DNA from: a virus
IMG/VR virus record: IMGVR_UViG_2698536665_000003
Coordinates: 99,816 to 163,815 of that record
Strand: one strand, 5' to 3'
Length of the DNA: 64,000 nt
Below are positions 53,816 to 63,643 of the stretch, in pieces (the stretch's first letter is position 1; every line of letters begins with the position of its first letter). Under the pieces are notes generated by a model. That model saw only the letters and a list, made by a program, of their open reading frames with translations. It searched no databases and was not told where the DNA came from. A program made the translations under genes and the position numbers.

Positions 53816-54238
53816 ATGGTTTCGCTTAGTGAATTAAAAATTACTCCTCCCAGACCTTATGTAAATACAGGACCAAGGTATTTTGAGATGGAGTATATGG
53901 CTGAGCCGTATCAACCGATTGAAACAACATGTGTGAATCATAGTTTGCGTTCGCCTTACATGAGAGAACCAGACAGCATAATGGAGTATATGGTTATGGA
54001 AAGAGAAAATGAACGCAGCAGAGATACTATGAATAGACTCACGGAATTGCACCATGATTTTGTTCGTAGTCACAGAATGCGACCAAATGCCATATTTCTT
54101 AATCGTGACGACCATCATTATGTAAGAAGATATAGCGATATCCAATACAACGGTATTGAAGAAACCTTTCAGGGGCTTAAAGTAGTGCCAACTATAGCTA
54201 ATAGGTCTTATGTAGGTATCGTAAATTTTGAACATTAA
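53816..54238 (+). CDS. hypothetical protein
   Basis: ORF after AAAGGGTGA. Confidence 0.55.
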   Translation: MVSLSELKITPPRPYVNTGPRYFEMEYMAEPYQPIETTCVNHSLRSPYMREPDSIMEYMVMERENERSRDTMNRLTELHHDFVRSHRMRPNAIFLNRDDHHYVRRYSDIQYNGIEETFQGLKVVPTIANRSYVGIVNFEH

Positions 54239-54501
54239 GAAGGCTCTTAGAGTCTTCTTTTTTCTAAGTATAAAATTGAATAATTAGATTTCAAATGTTT
54301 AATATGATGTGAATTCTAATTAGGAGGAATAATCATGAAGGAAGAAGAGATTATGGAGTCATTAAAAATACAAATGGAGACTCACATAAAACAACTCCGG
54401 GATCAGGGTGTTCGACCTCAAAATATTGAAATCGAATTGCTTCACTTTGCAAAAAAAATAATTTACAAAGAAAAACATTAGGTTGTTAATGGGAGGAGTC
54501 T

Positions 54502-54777
54502 ATGAAATTCACAGGCATTATTCAATATGTGGATAGTAAAGGGCGTATAGGTATCCCTAGAGAATTAGCTAACATATTGGAAATTCAAGCAGTGCCTGTA
54601 GATTTTACTGTAGAAAATGGACTGCTTGTTTTGCAACGGCATAGAGAGGCTTGTATCATAACTGGGAAAGTATCAAGACGTAATATTTCATTGGCAAATG
54701 GAAAAATAAAAGTACATCCCAAGGAAGTAAATCAATTAATAGAAGAGCTAAAAGAATATCTAGAAAAAATAGATTGA
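54502..54777 (+). CDS. AbrB-like transition-state regulator
   Basis: TGIIQYVDSKGRIGIPRELANILEI swapped-hairpin motif; ITGKVS C-terminal pattern. Confidence 0.82.
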   Translation: MKFTGIIQYVDSKGRIGIPRELANILEIQAVPVDFTVENGLLVLQRHREACIITGKVSRRNISLANGKIKVHPKEVNQLIEELKEYLEKID

Positions 54778-54811
54778 TACCAGTAGACAGAAATAATTAT
54801 TTATTGGAGGG

Positions 54812-55216
54812 TTGTTTATGAAACCGACTTTACATGGAATAAATCAGTTAAGCAATGTTATTGTAACTAGGATTCCGTCGGATAAAATTAATGTAAATGC
54901 TCTTATTGAAACATTTGAAAGTAATCAGGATAAAGCTACTCCTACGGAATGGCTGCAACAATACGATGAAATTGCTTCTATATATAAGATTTTATTCACA
55001 GAAGGTGAACTTCCACAAGAAATGATAGATAAGACATCTCATGAAGTATTAGAGATGGCTTGTGAACACATTTCTCATGACCTTGAAGAACTCATTGAAG
55101 AACCAACGACTAGCAATGGTCGTGATTATTATTATGAATTTGGTAGAAGTTTAGGAGTGGAGGAGCAAGCTTCGAAATTAAAAGAGCATTTAGCTGAGGA
55201 TTGTGATTTTATATGA
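54812..55216 (+). CDS. hypothetical protein (LHGINQL N-terminus)
   Basis: ORF with GGAGGG RBS. Confidence 0.6.
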   Translation: MFMKPTLHGINQLSNVIVTRIPSDKINVNALIETFESNQDKATPTEWLQQYDEIASIYKILFTEGELPQEMIDKTSHEVLEMACEHISHDLEELIEEPTTSNGRDYYYEFGRSLGVEEQASKLKEHLAEDCDFI

Positions 55217-55860
55217 TTAATCATCTTGAAGCAGGATATTACAGAGATACACTTCGTTATTATTCCTATGTTAAAACTCAAACACATATAAATAAATTTG
55301 TTGAATACCCAAGAGACATTGTAGAGCCCACTTATATTAGTTTGGGTGAACAGATGTCTTTTTGTAATTATATACCCGAAGTATTAGAAGGTCTAACGAG
55401 TTCAACGTGTTTAGATTATCCTAATGAAGATTTCGGCCGTTGTATCGGAAACATTCAATCAAATGTTCAAGATCATTGTCCAATTGAGGTAGCTGGTATT
55501 TTTCATTTTGGTTTATTGTTAGATCATCTTCATTTATTTACAGAAGCTGAGGAAACTGAACTAAAGGCTCGAATAGATGATATGTTTCATAATTTAGGTG
55601 ACGTATGTATGAGTTTTAAAGAGTTTTACGAAACGTATTTTGCAAGTCAGTTTTTCGGAGGATATTCAGCTAGATATACACAATTTGAAAAATATATGGA
55701 ATATACCTATATAATTTGGTGCGATTTTGAATTCCATACCACTGAAGAATTCGGACCTAGATTTATGGGTGCTTATTCAAAATTTGCTGAAGAATATTAT
55801 GAATTCTATAAAGAATTAGTAGATGAAATACAAAGGAGAAAGCAGGTGGACGCATGTTAA
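55213..55860 (+). CDS. hypothetical protein
   Basis: ORF overlapping upstream stop. Confidence 0.6.
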   Translation: MINHLEAGYYRDTLRYYSYVKTQTHINKFVEYPRDIVEPTYISLGEQMSFCNYIPEVLEGLTSSTCLDYPNEDFGRCIGNIQSNVQDHCPIEVAGIFHFGLLLDHLHLFTEAEETELKARIDDMFHNLGDVCMSFKEFYETYFASQFFGGYSARYTQFEKYMEYTYIIWCDFEFHTTEEFGPRFMGAYSKFAEEYYEFYKELVDEIQRRKQVDAC

Positions 55861-56408
55861 AGTTTCCTGTATTAGAAGCTAAACGAAACCTGTTCGTTCA
55901 AACTCTAATTAAAGCATATGACATTACAGATGATGGATTAATTCAGTTCTTAAAACAATGTACTTCAGAGGAATGCGATTTATACATACATGAGTTACAA
56001 GAGGCATTACCTTACATATTCGATTTTGATTTTGATTGGATTGATGTACCTCATGAAGTTTCTGAAGACCATGCAGAAGGATGGAATTATTTTATAGTTG
56101 GGGCTATAAGCGTTCCTTCATTATTACCTTACGCTGATCAACCGACCTTTATTGAATTCACAAGGAATATTGAAGTACTTACAAATACAAGTTGTGGAAA
56201 CTTAATTGAGTTTGTTTACTTACCAGATTCTAAAATTGCATCTAGTGATGACCCTGTTCATTCTACTTTCGCAAACCAACCTGGTACTTTCATGATAGGC
56301 ATGCAAGACAATGGAGGTCTTGATATAAACGATACAATTGAATTTTTAACAGAACTTAGAGATGTTAACGATTCTATTAATTCATTAGTTGAAGGGAGAG
56401 AATTATAA
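55854..56408 (+). CDS. hypothetical protein
   Basis: ORF overlapping upstream stop. Confidence 0.6.
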   Translation: MLKFPVLEAKRNLFVQTLIKAYDITDDGLIQFLKQCTSEECDLYIHELQEALPYIFDFDFDWIDVPHEVSEDHAEGWNYFIVGAISVPSLLPYADQPTFIEFTRNIEVLTNTSCGNLIEFVYLPDSKIASSDDPVHSTFANQPGTFMIGMQDNGGLDINDTIEFLTELRDVNDSINSLVEGREL

Positions 56409-56409
56409 A

Positions 56410-57114
56410 ATGATTAAAATTACAATTGGAAATGAGAAATTACCACTTGTCGAATACGAAAAGAATGGGGCACAACGCTCATTCCATATAGACCACAATA
56501 CACTATTTGAATTTGTACAGAAGAACTGCTACGAAACAAAGACAAATACTAAAAAGTTGGATATACCTGTTTTTGAAACACCTGCATTACCACCTGGCAC
56601 TGTTAAATACATGGCTTTACCAGACGGAAAGATTGTTTTATTCATGGAGAAGAAAGAATTCAAACACAACTTAACATATCATTCAACAAAATATAAACAA
56701 ATTCCATTCCCGAACTTATTGTTTGTTTTCGTATTTAGACCGAATGGAGATAAATATATTCTTGAGAATAAGAGATGCTATGCATTCCGAGATAAAGTAT
56801 TTCGTGACACAACTAAGCTATATCGTTTTCCTTTTTCACATGTACAGAAAGATGGAGAAATGTGTTTCTTCTTTTTAACAGAAATGCAGGATTTAGCTCA
56901 GATGTCATCCTTTATTCATAACTGGCTTTCTGCAGCGTTTACAGATCATTACTATAACTTAGAGAATAAAAATAAATGGGGTTGGCCTTTGCGACAAATC
57001 TTTAGTGAGACGCAGGGACAACCTCATTTTAATTATGACAAATTAATTGAAGAGGATTATACATCAGTGGACTTAGTTCAAAGATTCGTTAATGTGTATT
57101 TCCCAGTAAAATAG
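56410..57114 (+). CDS. second PRTRC-B-like (E2-fold) protein
   Basis: PPGTVKYMALPDGKIVLFMEKKEFKHNLTYHSTKYKQIPFPNLLFVFVFRPNGDKYIL...; GAAGGGAGAG RBS; adjacent to Ubl-like and ThiF genes. Confidence 0.55.
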   Translation: MIKITIGNEKLPLVEYEKNGAQRSFHIDHNTLFEFVQKNCYETKTNTKKLDIPVFETPALPPGTVKYMALPDGKIVLFMEKKEFKHNLTYHSTKYKQIPFPNLLFVFVFRPNGDKYILENKRCYAFRDKVFRDTTKLYRFPFSHVQKDGEMCFFFLTEMQDLAQMSSFIHNWLSAAFTDHYYNLENKNKWGWPLRQIFSETQGQPHFNYDKLIEEDYTSVDLVQRFVNVYFPVK

Positions 57115-57151
57115 ACCGCCAATATTAATTCATTAGGAAGAGGGTATTTAT

Positions 57152-57629
57152 ATGACAGAGAAAAAAGACTTATTCGGTAGTATTGATTTATCACAAAACG
57201 ACTTCTTAGATCCAGCAGAATCAAAAAAAGTTTGATGGGCTATTTCAAACAACAGCAGGCACAAATTTATTTGATAATCCTAGTAGTAACAATCCATTTG
57301 ATAATGTAATACAGACTGAACCACCTGTAGTAGTTCAAGTGAAAGAAGAAGAGAAACCACCTGTAGTTCAGGTTAATAAGGAAGAAAAGAAACCAGCAGC
57401 AGGTAAGGCAAAGGGAAAAGATAAGAAGACTACTAAAGTAGATACAACTTGGAATATCGCCTATGCTGCACAGCAATATAATCCACCAGAAAACGATATG
57501 ACTTTAGAACAAGTTCGTGAATGGCTGGAACTAGATTACCCTGAACTGTCTAAAGAACGTTGTCATATGGATGTTGATGCAGACAAAAAACTAATTGTGC
57601 CTATCGTAAAAGGCGCAAAGAATGGGTGA
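57152..57629 (+). CDS. single Ubl (PRTRC-C-like) domain with N-terminal extension; frame broken at A7 run (57223-57229)
   Basis: MTEKKDLFGSIDLSQNDFLDPAESKK + (one A removed) FDGLFQTTAGTNLFDNP...; C-terminal YNPPENDMTLEQVREWLELDYPELSKERCHMDVDADKKLIVPIVKGAKNG aligned by eye with PRTRC-C domains. Confidence 0.6.
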
Positions 57630-57633
57630 TTGA

Positions 57634-58476
57634 ATGAGAGCGCTAGAATTTTATCCAAGTAGAACAATGCATTTTGATATTGTACAAGTTGGTTGTGGAG
57701 GAAATGGGGGATATATAACGCAGCGATTAGCCAAGTTAATATCCTCTTTAACTAAAAATTCAAGTCATACAACATTTGATTATACATTGGTTGATTTAGA
57801 TAGGGTTGAAGAAAAGAACTTGCAAAGACAACCATTCTTACCTAGAGATTTAGATAAGAATAAAGCGAAGGTCTTGGCAGAGAGATATGGAATGTCGTAT
57901 CAGTTTCCTATCTATCATCGTGAAGAATATGTAGAGTCAGTCGAAGAATTATCGAATTGTTTCCGTTCTAATCAGGAGACATACGTTCTTGATTCTTCTC
58001 GTGTTTTGTTCCGTGTATTAATTGGCGCAGTTGATAACCATGCTTCGAGAAAAATTATGCACGAATACTTTCTGAAAGACCCTAACATCATCTACATAGA
58101 TTGTGGAGTTGACGGTGTATTATTTGAAGGAACAGATGAAGAAAAAATTCGTTCAGGGTACGCAGGTCATTGCGTAGTTGGATTACATCATAACGATACG
58201 ATGCTTACACCGGTTGCTGGAGTTTATCCGGATATATTAGAAGACAGTGAGAGTCTTTTACCTTCACAAAGTTGTGGCCAGAATATTGTTTCTCAACCAC
58301 AAAGAATGCAATCAAATGAAATGGCTGCATTGATTACAATGGGATACCTAAATCAAATCTTTGCAGAAAGAAGACTATATCATCACTATACAAACTTTAA
58401 CGCTCTTACTCATTCATCAAGAGCTACATTATTACCAGTTAGACCTAAAACGGAAAGAGATGCTAAAAATGTGTAA
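57634..58476 (+). CDS. second ThiF/E1-like protein (PRTRC type), intact
   Basis: IVQVGCGGNGGYITQRLAKL...TLVDLDRVEEKNLQRQPFLPRDLDKNKAKVLAERYGMSYQF...GAVDNHASRKIM...YIDCGVDG. Confidence 0.85.
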   Translation: MRALEFYPSRTMHFDIVQVGCGGNGGYITQRLAKLISSLTKNSSHTTFDYTLVDLDRVEEKNLQRQPFLPRDLDKNKAKVLAERYGMSYQFPIYHREEYVESVEELSNCFRSNQETYVLDSSRVLFRVLIGAVDNHASRKIMHEYFLKDPNIIYIDCGVDGVLFEGTDEEKIRSGYAGHCVVGLHHNDTMLTPVAGVYPDILEDSESLLPSQSCGQNIVSQPQRMQSNEMAALITMGYLNQIFAERRLYHHYTNFNALTHSSRATLLPVRPKTERDAKNV

Positions 58477-58756
58477 AAGGTGACGTCAGTTGTTTGTAAG
58501 TTTAGAAATAATCACAAAGTAGATTATTGTTCTGATGTATTACCTGTAAAAGAAAAGTAAGAAAACATCCTTAAGAGGGAGGGGCTAACGCCCTCTCCTT
58601 TTTTAAAATTAGTTAAACGAAAGAGTCCTTTTGCCGAAGGGCCTTTTCTTTTGCCTAATTTATTGCCGAAAAAACTATTGCCCTGTTATTGCATTTTTAG
58701 AAACAACTGCTTACGTTCATCTAAGTCAATCAGATCGTGAGAGGAGTAAGTAGATT

Positions 58757-61324
58757 ATGAAAACAGTAAATTCAATTCAAAAACAAATCGATTCATATGA
58801 AAAGGAGAGAATATTAATGAACGTACAACAATTTGATCACTTATTAAAGCGAGTAAACATCGAAGAGGACAATGCTGTTAAGCAACGCATGTTAACAGTT
58901 ATTGAACAATACTTAAGTGCATTATCATCTAACACTGTAGTAGTGCCAGATGTAGAAAAAACAGTAGCACCAGTTGAAACAGTTACAGAGGATGTTGTTC
59001 TTCCTGTAACAGAGGAAACAGTATTAGGGTCAAGCGAAGAAGTAGAAATGAATCAAAATAACGCAGCTATTCTGTACAATCAACAAATGGAACAAAGATC
59101 CAAAGAAGAAGATGCTAAATTAGCAGAAGAACTTCTTCAAGCTAAAGAACAAGAAGAGGCAGATGCAAAATATGAAGCAGCTGTTATGAATACTAAAGAA
59201 GTTCAAACTGTTGAAGATATGGAAGACGAAGCTAAAGCAAGATTAGAAGAAGCTGAGCAAGTAGAACTACCAATCGACACACCAATTGAAGAACCAATAG
59301 TAAAAGTAGAACCAGTAACGGAAGAAGTAGTAGAAACACCAGTAGATTCAATTGAGTATGTAGAAGAGTTTGGTCTTATTTCTACAGCTAAAGAAGAAGA
59401 GCACATGAGTCAAATCATTGAGCGTGGTGGTGTTATTTTCCGTGAGAAGCGTTCATTCATGTTAATGCTTTGCTTAGATGATGAAGTAGTTGCTATTGCT
59501 AAGACAATTAAGTTAGAGCAATTCCCAGAGCATGTACAGAAACATCTTAAGAGCGATGGATTCATTACTTGTGATGTAGTTTCATTTGGAGAAGTAACTA
59601 AGCGTTCTCGTGCTCGTTACACAAATGTTACATATAAAAACCTTCAATTATTAGAGAAGGATCATTGGGTTGTAAAGAACGTTACAAACCTTTTAGAAAA
59701 AGGAGAAGTTCCAGAACACGTTAAAGAAGAAGCTAAAGAAGTTGTAGCTGAAGAAAAACCTGTTCAAGTAGTAGCTCCAGAAACACAAGAAGAAGTGGAA
59801 GAAAAACCATTTATCGTAGCTAGCTTTATGCTTCACCCAAGCTTTGTAGGAACGTTTGCAAATCAAAAAGAAGCTGTTATGGCTCAAAAATATGGAATTA
59901 GTTCTGCAGATGGAATCGCTAGATTATTTACGCAGAATGCTAACGGTACAGTTGTAGTTGGTGTTGATGAGAAAACAGCTCTTAAACCAAACAACTATAT
60001 GGCTACCATCCTTGATTACACAATGAAAGAGCAAGATGGAAAAACATTTGCTCAATTTAAATTAGATGCTAGTGTTATTGAACCGACTGTGCAGCCGGCG
60101 CCAGTTGCTCAAACACCTGCAGTAGAAACACAAACTGAACAAGCACCAGTAGAAGTAGTAGCTAAAGGAGAAGTCCCATCTGATTTCCCTTTAACTAATG
60201 AAATTGCATTACCATTACATCCGATGGCAGAATCTATGTTTAGCTTAGAAGCTGCTAAAGCAATGGTTGGACAAGTTGTTCACTTAGGATTATTCACTCG
60301 TCCAGAAGAACAGCTGAAACGTGTTTCATTAATGTACGATGTATTTGAAATGGCAACAGCATCTAATACATTAACAAAAGAAACAATTCGCAATTCTAAA
60401 TGGTTAGCTCGTATTACAGATGTTAGCTTAATAAAAGATGAGGTAAAACAACGCACATCACTATTCTTAGTCTTTGATCGATTAGAAGAAGTAACAGTAT
60501 TCCCTTATGAAAAAGAAGGGGAAGCTCGTGAAGTAACAAGTTTCTTACCAATCAATGAAGAAGTATATACTGAAAGACAACAAGAGTTAGCCAATGCACA
60601 TGCAGTTGTTAAGACAGAAGCTACTCCTGTAGAAACTCAAACAACTCCAGTAGTTGAAAATGCACCAGTAGTAAACGCTCCAAAAGAAACGGTATCTGCG
60701 GAAGCGTTAATGAATAAAGAATACAATCCTGTAGAAGCGAAACAATTAATCAATCCTACTGCAGGTACTAACTATACACAAGGATATCAAGAACTAGTTC
60801 AATCTCAAGCGAAAGATATGAGTGGAGCGGTTCAAGAAATTCGTAATCAAACGCAAGTATTACCAACTTCTCGTCAAGAGTTGACAGAAGCGGCAAATGG
60901 ATTAGTTACAGGTGTTATTAATCAAACACTGAAAGAAACAGGAATCCATACACAAACTGAGCAAAAACAAACTGTTCAAGTAATGGGCAATTTACAAGAC
61001 GGTGCAGGCAATTTAACTCAGACTGAAACAGTTATTCGATTTGCGACGGGCTACTCACCGCAATCTTGGGCACAATCCGTCGGCAAACGAATTGACCTAA
61101 AGAGTGAGTTACAATTAGGAAACGGCCCTGTAACAAATAAACTAGTAACAATGGTAGGTAAAAACGGAGCAGTTGTAGCACAAGGGCAAGTGCCTATGAC
61201 TGAAGCTCTATTGTTGGACGGCAACCAACATTCAGCAACTCTATTAGGCATTGAAGGAGCAACACAAGAGCAACATGGATATGTTATCTCTCTTCGTTTA
61301 GGAGAGTTCAATAAAATAGCTTAA
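58757..61324 (+). CDS. large E/V/T-rich hypothetical protein (855 aa)
   Basis: Long ORF with acidic repetitive middle and conserved-looking N and C ends. Confidence 0.7.
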   Translation: MKTVNSIQKQIDSYEKERILMNVQQFDHLLKRVNIEEDNAVKQRMLTVIEQYLSALSSNTVVVPDVEKTVAPVETVTEDVVLPVTEETVLGSSEEVEMNQNNAAILYNQQMEQRSKEEDAKLAEELLQAKEQEEADAKYEAAVMNTKEVQTVEDMEDEAKARLEEAEQVELPIDTPIEEPIVKVEPVTEEVVETPVDSIEYVEEFGLISTAKEEEHMSQIIERGGVIFREKRSFMLMLCLDDEVVAIAKTIKLEQFPEHVQKHLKSDGFITCDVVSFGEVTKRSRARYTNVTYKNLQLLEKDHWVVKNVTNLLEKGEVPEHVKEEAKEVVAEEKPVQVVAPETQEEVEEKPFIVASFMLHPSFVGTFANQKEAVMAQKYGISSADGIARLFTQNANGTVVVGVDEKTALKPNNYMATILDYTMKEQDGKTFAQFKLDASVIEPTVQPAPVAQTPAVETQTEQAPVEVVAKGEVPSDFPLTNEIALPLHPMAESMFSLEAAKAMVGQVVHLGLFTRPEEQLKRVSLMYDVFEMATASNTLTKETIRNSKWLARITDVSLIKDEVKQRTSLFLVFDRLEEVTVFPYEKEGEAREVTSFLPINEEVYTERQQELANAHAVVKTEATPVETQTTPVVENAPVVNAPKETVSAEALMNKEYNPVEAKQLINPTAGTNYTQGYQELVQSQAKDMSGAVQEIRNQTQVLPTSRQELTEAANGLVTGVINQTLKETGIHTQTEQKQTVQVMGNLQDGAGNLTQTETVIRFATGYSPQSWAQSVGKRIDLKSELQLGNGPVTNKLVTMVGKNGAVVAQGQVPMTEALLLDGNQHSATLLGIEGATQEQHGYVISLRLGEFNKIA

Positions 61325-61397
61325 GTTTAACCTTGAGCCAAATTTAGGAAGTGGTTAATTTAGTCGTGCATTCCAATCTATACGGAGGTGTACGACT

Positions 61398-62381
61398 ATG
61401 GCCATTTCAGTTAAACAAAATCTTGTGGCTACAAGCAAATACCCAATCAAGTGTCCTTATTCTATGAAAGCAGAGTACATTACAGTGCATAACACTTATA
61501 ATGATGCGCCTGCTAAGAACGAGGTAAATTACATGATCGGAAATACTAACGAGGTTTCATTCCACTTCGCAGTAGATGATATCGAAGTTATTCAAGGTAT
61601 TCCGGTTGATCGTAATGCTTGGCATTGTGGTGATGGTGGTGGTAACGGAAACCGAAAATCTATCGGTGTTGAAATCTGTTACTCATTATCTGGTGGTCCA
61701 AGATATGAAAAAGCTGAAGCTTTATCTATTAAATTCGTTGCTCAATTACTAAGAGAGCGCGGATGGGGAATTGATCGTGTTCGTACTCATAAGAGTTGGA
61801 CAGAGATTGGTGTTAAAAACGGTAATTCTAGAGCAGTTAAGAATTGTCCGCACCGTATCCTAGATGCAGGACGTTGGAATAGTTTCTTAGCAGCAGTACA
61901 AGCTGAACTTAATGGTTCAACTGTAGCGCCGCCAGTAACTCCACCACCTTCTACAGATGGTATTGGTGTTGTTGAGATTCTTGTTGCTGAATTAAACGTT
62001 CGTGAATCTGCTAGCTTTGATTCAAGAGTTGTTAAAACTGTGAAGAAAGGCGAAACATACCAGACTTGGGGATTATCTAACGGTCTGTACAATGTTGGAG
62101 GAAACCAATGGGTATCAGCAGGTCCTGCTTATGTTAAGTTTACACCTGCAGGAAGTTCTTCTAATGGAACACCTGAAGACTTAGCAGGAAAACGTAATCC
62201 AATCGGAAAAATCACAACTACTGCAAACTTAAACGTCCGCACTAAACCTTCGACAGACGGAGATATTATTCGAACTATCTCTAGTGGAGACACATGGAAC
62301 ATCTACGATATTAGTGGTGGATGGGCGAGAGTGCATGATGGTTGGGTTTCTCTAACTTATGCTAATCTAACAAGATACTAA
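61398..62381 (+). CDS. N-acetylmuramoyl-L-alanine amidase (Amidase_2) with SH3-like repeats
   Basis: AEYITVHNTYNDAPAKNEVNYMI...WHCGDGGGNGNRKSIGVEICYS...HKSW...CPHRI; two VAELNVRES/NLNVRTK SH3b repeats. Confidence 0.92.
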   Translation: MAISVKQNLVATSKYPIKCPYSMKAEYITVHNTYNDAPAKNEVNYMIGNTNEVSFHFAVDDIEVIQGIPVDRNAWHCGDGGGNGNRKSIGVEICYSLSGGPRYEKAEALSIKFVAQLLRERGWGIDRVRTHKSWTEIGVKNGNSRAVKNCPHRILDAGRWNSFLAAVQAELNGSTVAPPVTPPPSTDGIGVVEILVAELNVRESASFDSRVVKTVKKGETYQTWGLSNGLYNVGGNQWVSAGPAYVKFTPAGSSSNGTPEDLAGKRNPIGKITTTANLNVRTKPSTDGDIIRTISSGDTWNIYDISGGWARVHDGWVSLTYANLTRY

Positions 62382-62600
62382 TTCCCGAAAAGGTAGGCAC
62401 ATTTTTGTGTCTGCTTTTTTATTTTTAAAAATTTAAAATAGGTATTGACTTTCTTTGACTATAGGGTTGTATTAGTAATCTAGTAACTACATCAAACATT
62501 ATTTAAATATAAAAAGTTAATGTTGACAAATTAAAAAGAAGTGCTTATGTTATGAAAACAAAATTACAGTATAAGTACTTATGTTGTTAAATATTATTAT

Positions 62601-62675
62601 TCTGGCGTAGCACAGTGGTAGTGCGCTCGGCTGTTAACCGAAAGGTCGTAGGTTCGAATCCTACCGTCAGAGCCA
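62601..62675 (+). tRNA. tRNA-Asn(GTT), CCA encoded
   Basis: Acceptor TCTGGCG/CGTCAGA, anticodon loop CTGTTAA, GGTTCGAATCC. Confidence 0.93.
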
Positions 62676-62681
62676 AATTAT

Positions 62682-62761
62682 GCGGACGTGGTGGAATTGG
62701 CAGACACGCTAGACTTAGGATCTAGTGCTTCGGCGTGAGAGTTCGAGTCTCTCCGTCCGTA
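62682..62761 (+). tRNA. tRNA-Leu(TAG), CCA not encoded
   Basis: GCGGACG/CGTCCGT acceptor, anticodon TAG, long variable arm. Confidence 0.88.
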
Positions 62762-62769
62762 TCTAATGT

Positions 62770-62857
62770 GGAGGGTTACTCTAATTGGTAAGAGATCAGT
62801 CTTGAAAACTGACGTAGGGTAAAACCGATGGGGGTTCGAGTCCCTCACCCTCCGCCA
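62770..62857 (+). tRNA. tRNA-Ser(TGA), CCA encoded
   Basis: GGAGGGT/ACCCTCC acceptor, CTTGAAA anticodon loop, long variable arm. Confidence 0.9.
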
Positions 62858-62863
62858 TTATTA

Positions 62864-63045
62864 TGTGTAGCTCAGGTAGAAACGAATCTTTCTCGAAAGC
62901 TTATTGGGCCCTATGTATTCTGAAACATAGATGAGTGATAAGTTATTACGGTTAGATTGGTGAGGAGATTGACTATGGTAAACCACTGTATCAGAGCAGG
63001 AGGTCATAGTCCAGAAGGGTGGTTCGATTCCAACCATGCACGCCA
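62864..63045 (+). tRNA. atypical/interrupted tRNA-like sequence
   Basis: 5' TAGCTCAGGTAGA D-arm-like and 3' GGTTCGATTCCAACC...CACGCCA T-arm/CCA-like ends separated by about 120 nt. Confidence 0.35.
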
Positions 63046-63054
63046 TATTATTAT

Positions 63055-63129
63055 GCAGATGTGGCGAAGTGGCTTAACGCGATTGGCTGCAACCCAATTA
63101 TCTCGCAGGTTCAAATCCTGTCTTCTGCT
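63055..63129 (+). tRNA. tRNA-Cys(GCA), CCA not encoded
   Basis: ATTGG CTGCAAC CCAAT anticodon arm; acceptor with one mismatch. Confidence 0.85.
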
Positions 63130-63135
63130 TTACAT

Positions 63136-63207
63136 GCGCTTTTGGTCTAATGGCTATGATTTCTGACTTCCAATCAGACGGTACGAGTTCGATTCTCGTA
63201 AGGCGCT
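63136..63207 (+). tRNA. tRNA-Gly(TCC), CCA not encoded
   Basis: GCGCTTT/AAGGCGC acceptor; TCTGA CTTCCAA TCAGA. Confidence 0.9.
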
Positions 63208-63213
63208 TATAAT

Positions 63214-63283
63214 GGACATGTAGCTCAGTGGTAGAGCAGATCTTAGTCGACAAAGTGCAGGGGTTCAATTCCTCTCATGTCCA
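63214..63283 (+). tRNA. tRNA, anticodon unresolved
   Basis: GGACATG/CATGTCC acceptor, GCTCAGTGGTAGAGC D-arm and GGGGTTCAATTCCTC T-arm are good; anticodon arm ATCTTAGTCGACAAAGT is irregular. Confidence 0.65.
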
Positions 63284-63296
63284 CCTTTATATTATA

Positions 63297-63369
63297 GCTG
63301 GCGGGAGGTTGGCAATCTCACTTGGGCTCATAACCCTTGAAAATCTGGTTCGATTCCAGAGCGTTAGCA
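63297..63369 (+). tRNA. tRNA with CAT anticodon (Met or Ile2)
   Basis: GCTGGCG/CGTTAGC acceptor; loop CTCATAA. Confidence 0.88.
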
Positions 63370-63486
63370 ACCGTAATTAGAATCCGGCATCCATGATTCA
63401 TATCATTTCACTCACTCCTTTATTTTATGTTACTGAATGCCCGTTCGGTACTGTTTCTGATATGGGTGTCGGATTGTAATTATATC

Positions 63487-63564
63487 GTGGCGTATTCGAC
63501 AAGAGGCCTAAGTCATCGGACTTTCTATCCGATATTCGCCGGTTCGAATCCGGCATACGCTACC
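63487..63564 (+). tRNA. tRNA-Glu(TTC)
   Basis: GTGGCGT/ACGCTAC acceptor; TCGGA CTTTCTA TCCGA. Confidence 0.82.
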
Positions 63565-63575
63565 ACTTTTATCAT

Positions 63576-63643
63576 GCTAGGATTTGGGAGGGTCCAAGCC
63601 GAATCTTGGTTCAGAGAAATCTGATTTTCCCTTCTAGCACCAT
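63576..63643 (+). ncRNA. tRNA-mimic-like hairpin RNA ending in CCA
   Basis: 7-bp acceptor-like GCTAGGA/TTCTAGC + A + CCA, but internal hairpins are CCAAG/CTTGG and TCAGA-GAAA-TCTGA with no TTCRA T-loop. Confidence 0.4.

Noticed and set aside
63214-63283. Confident assignment as tRNA-Asp(GTC) or tRNA-Ser(CGA)
   Set aside because: Both anticodons can be read from TTAGTCGACAAAG but neither sits in a proper 7-nt loop with a paired stem.
63380-63478. Possible extra tRNA between CAT-tRNA and tRNA-Glu
   Set aside because: Ends are partly complementary (AATCCGGCATCC / GGGTGTCGGATT) but no D, anticodon or T arm could be formed; left unassigned.
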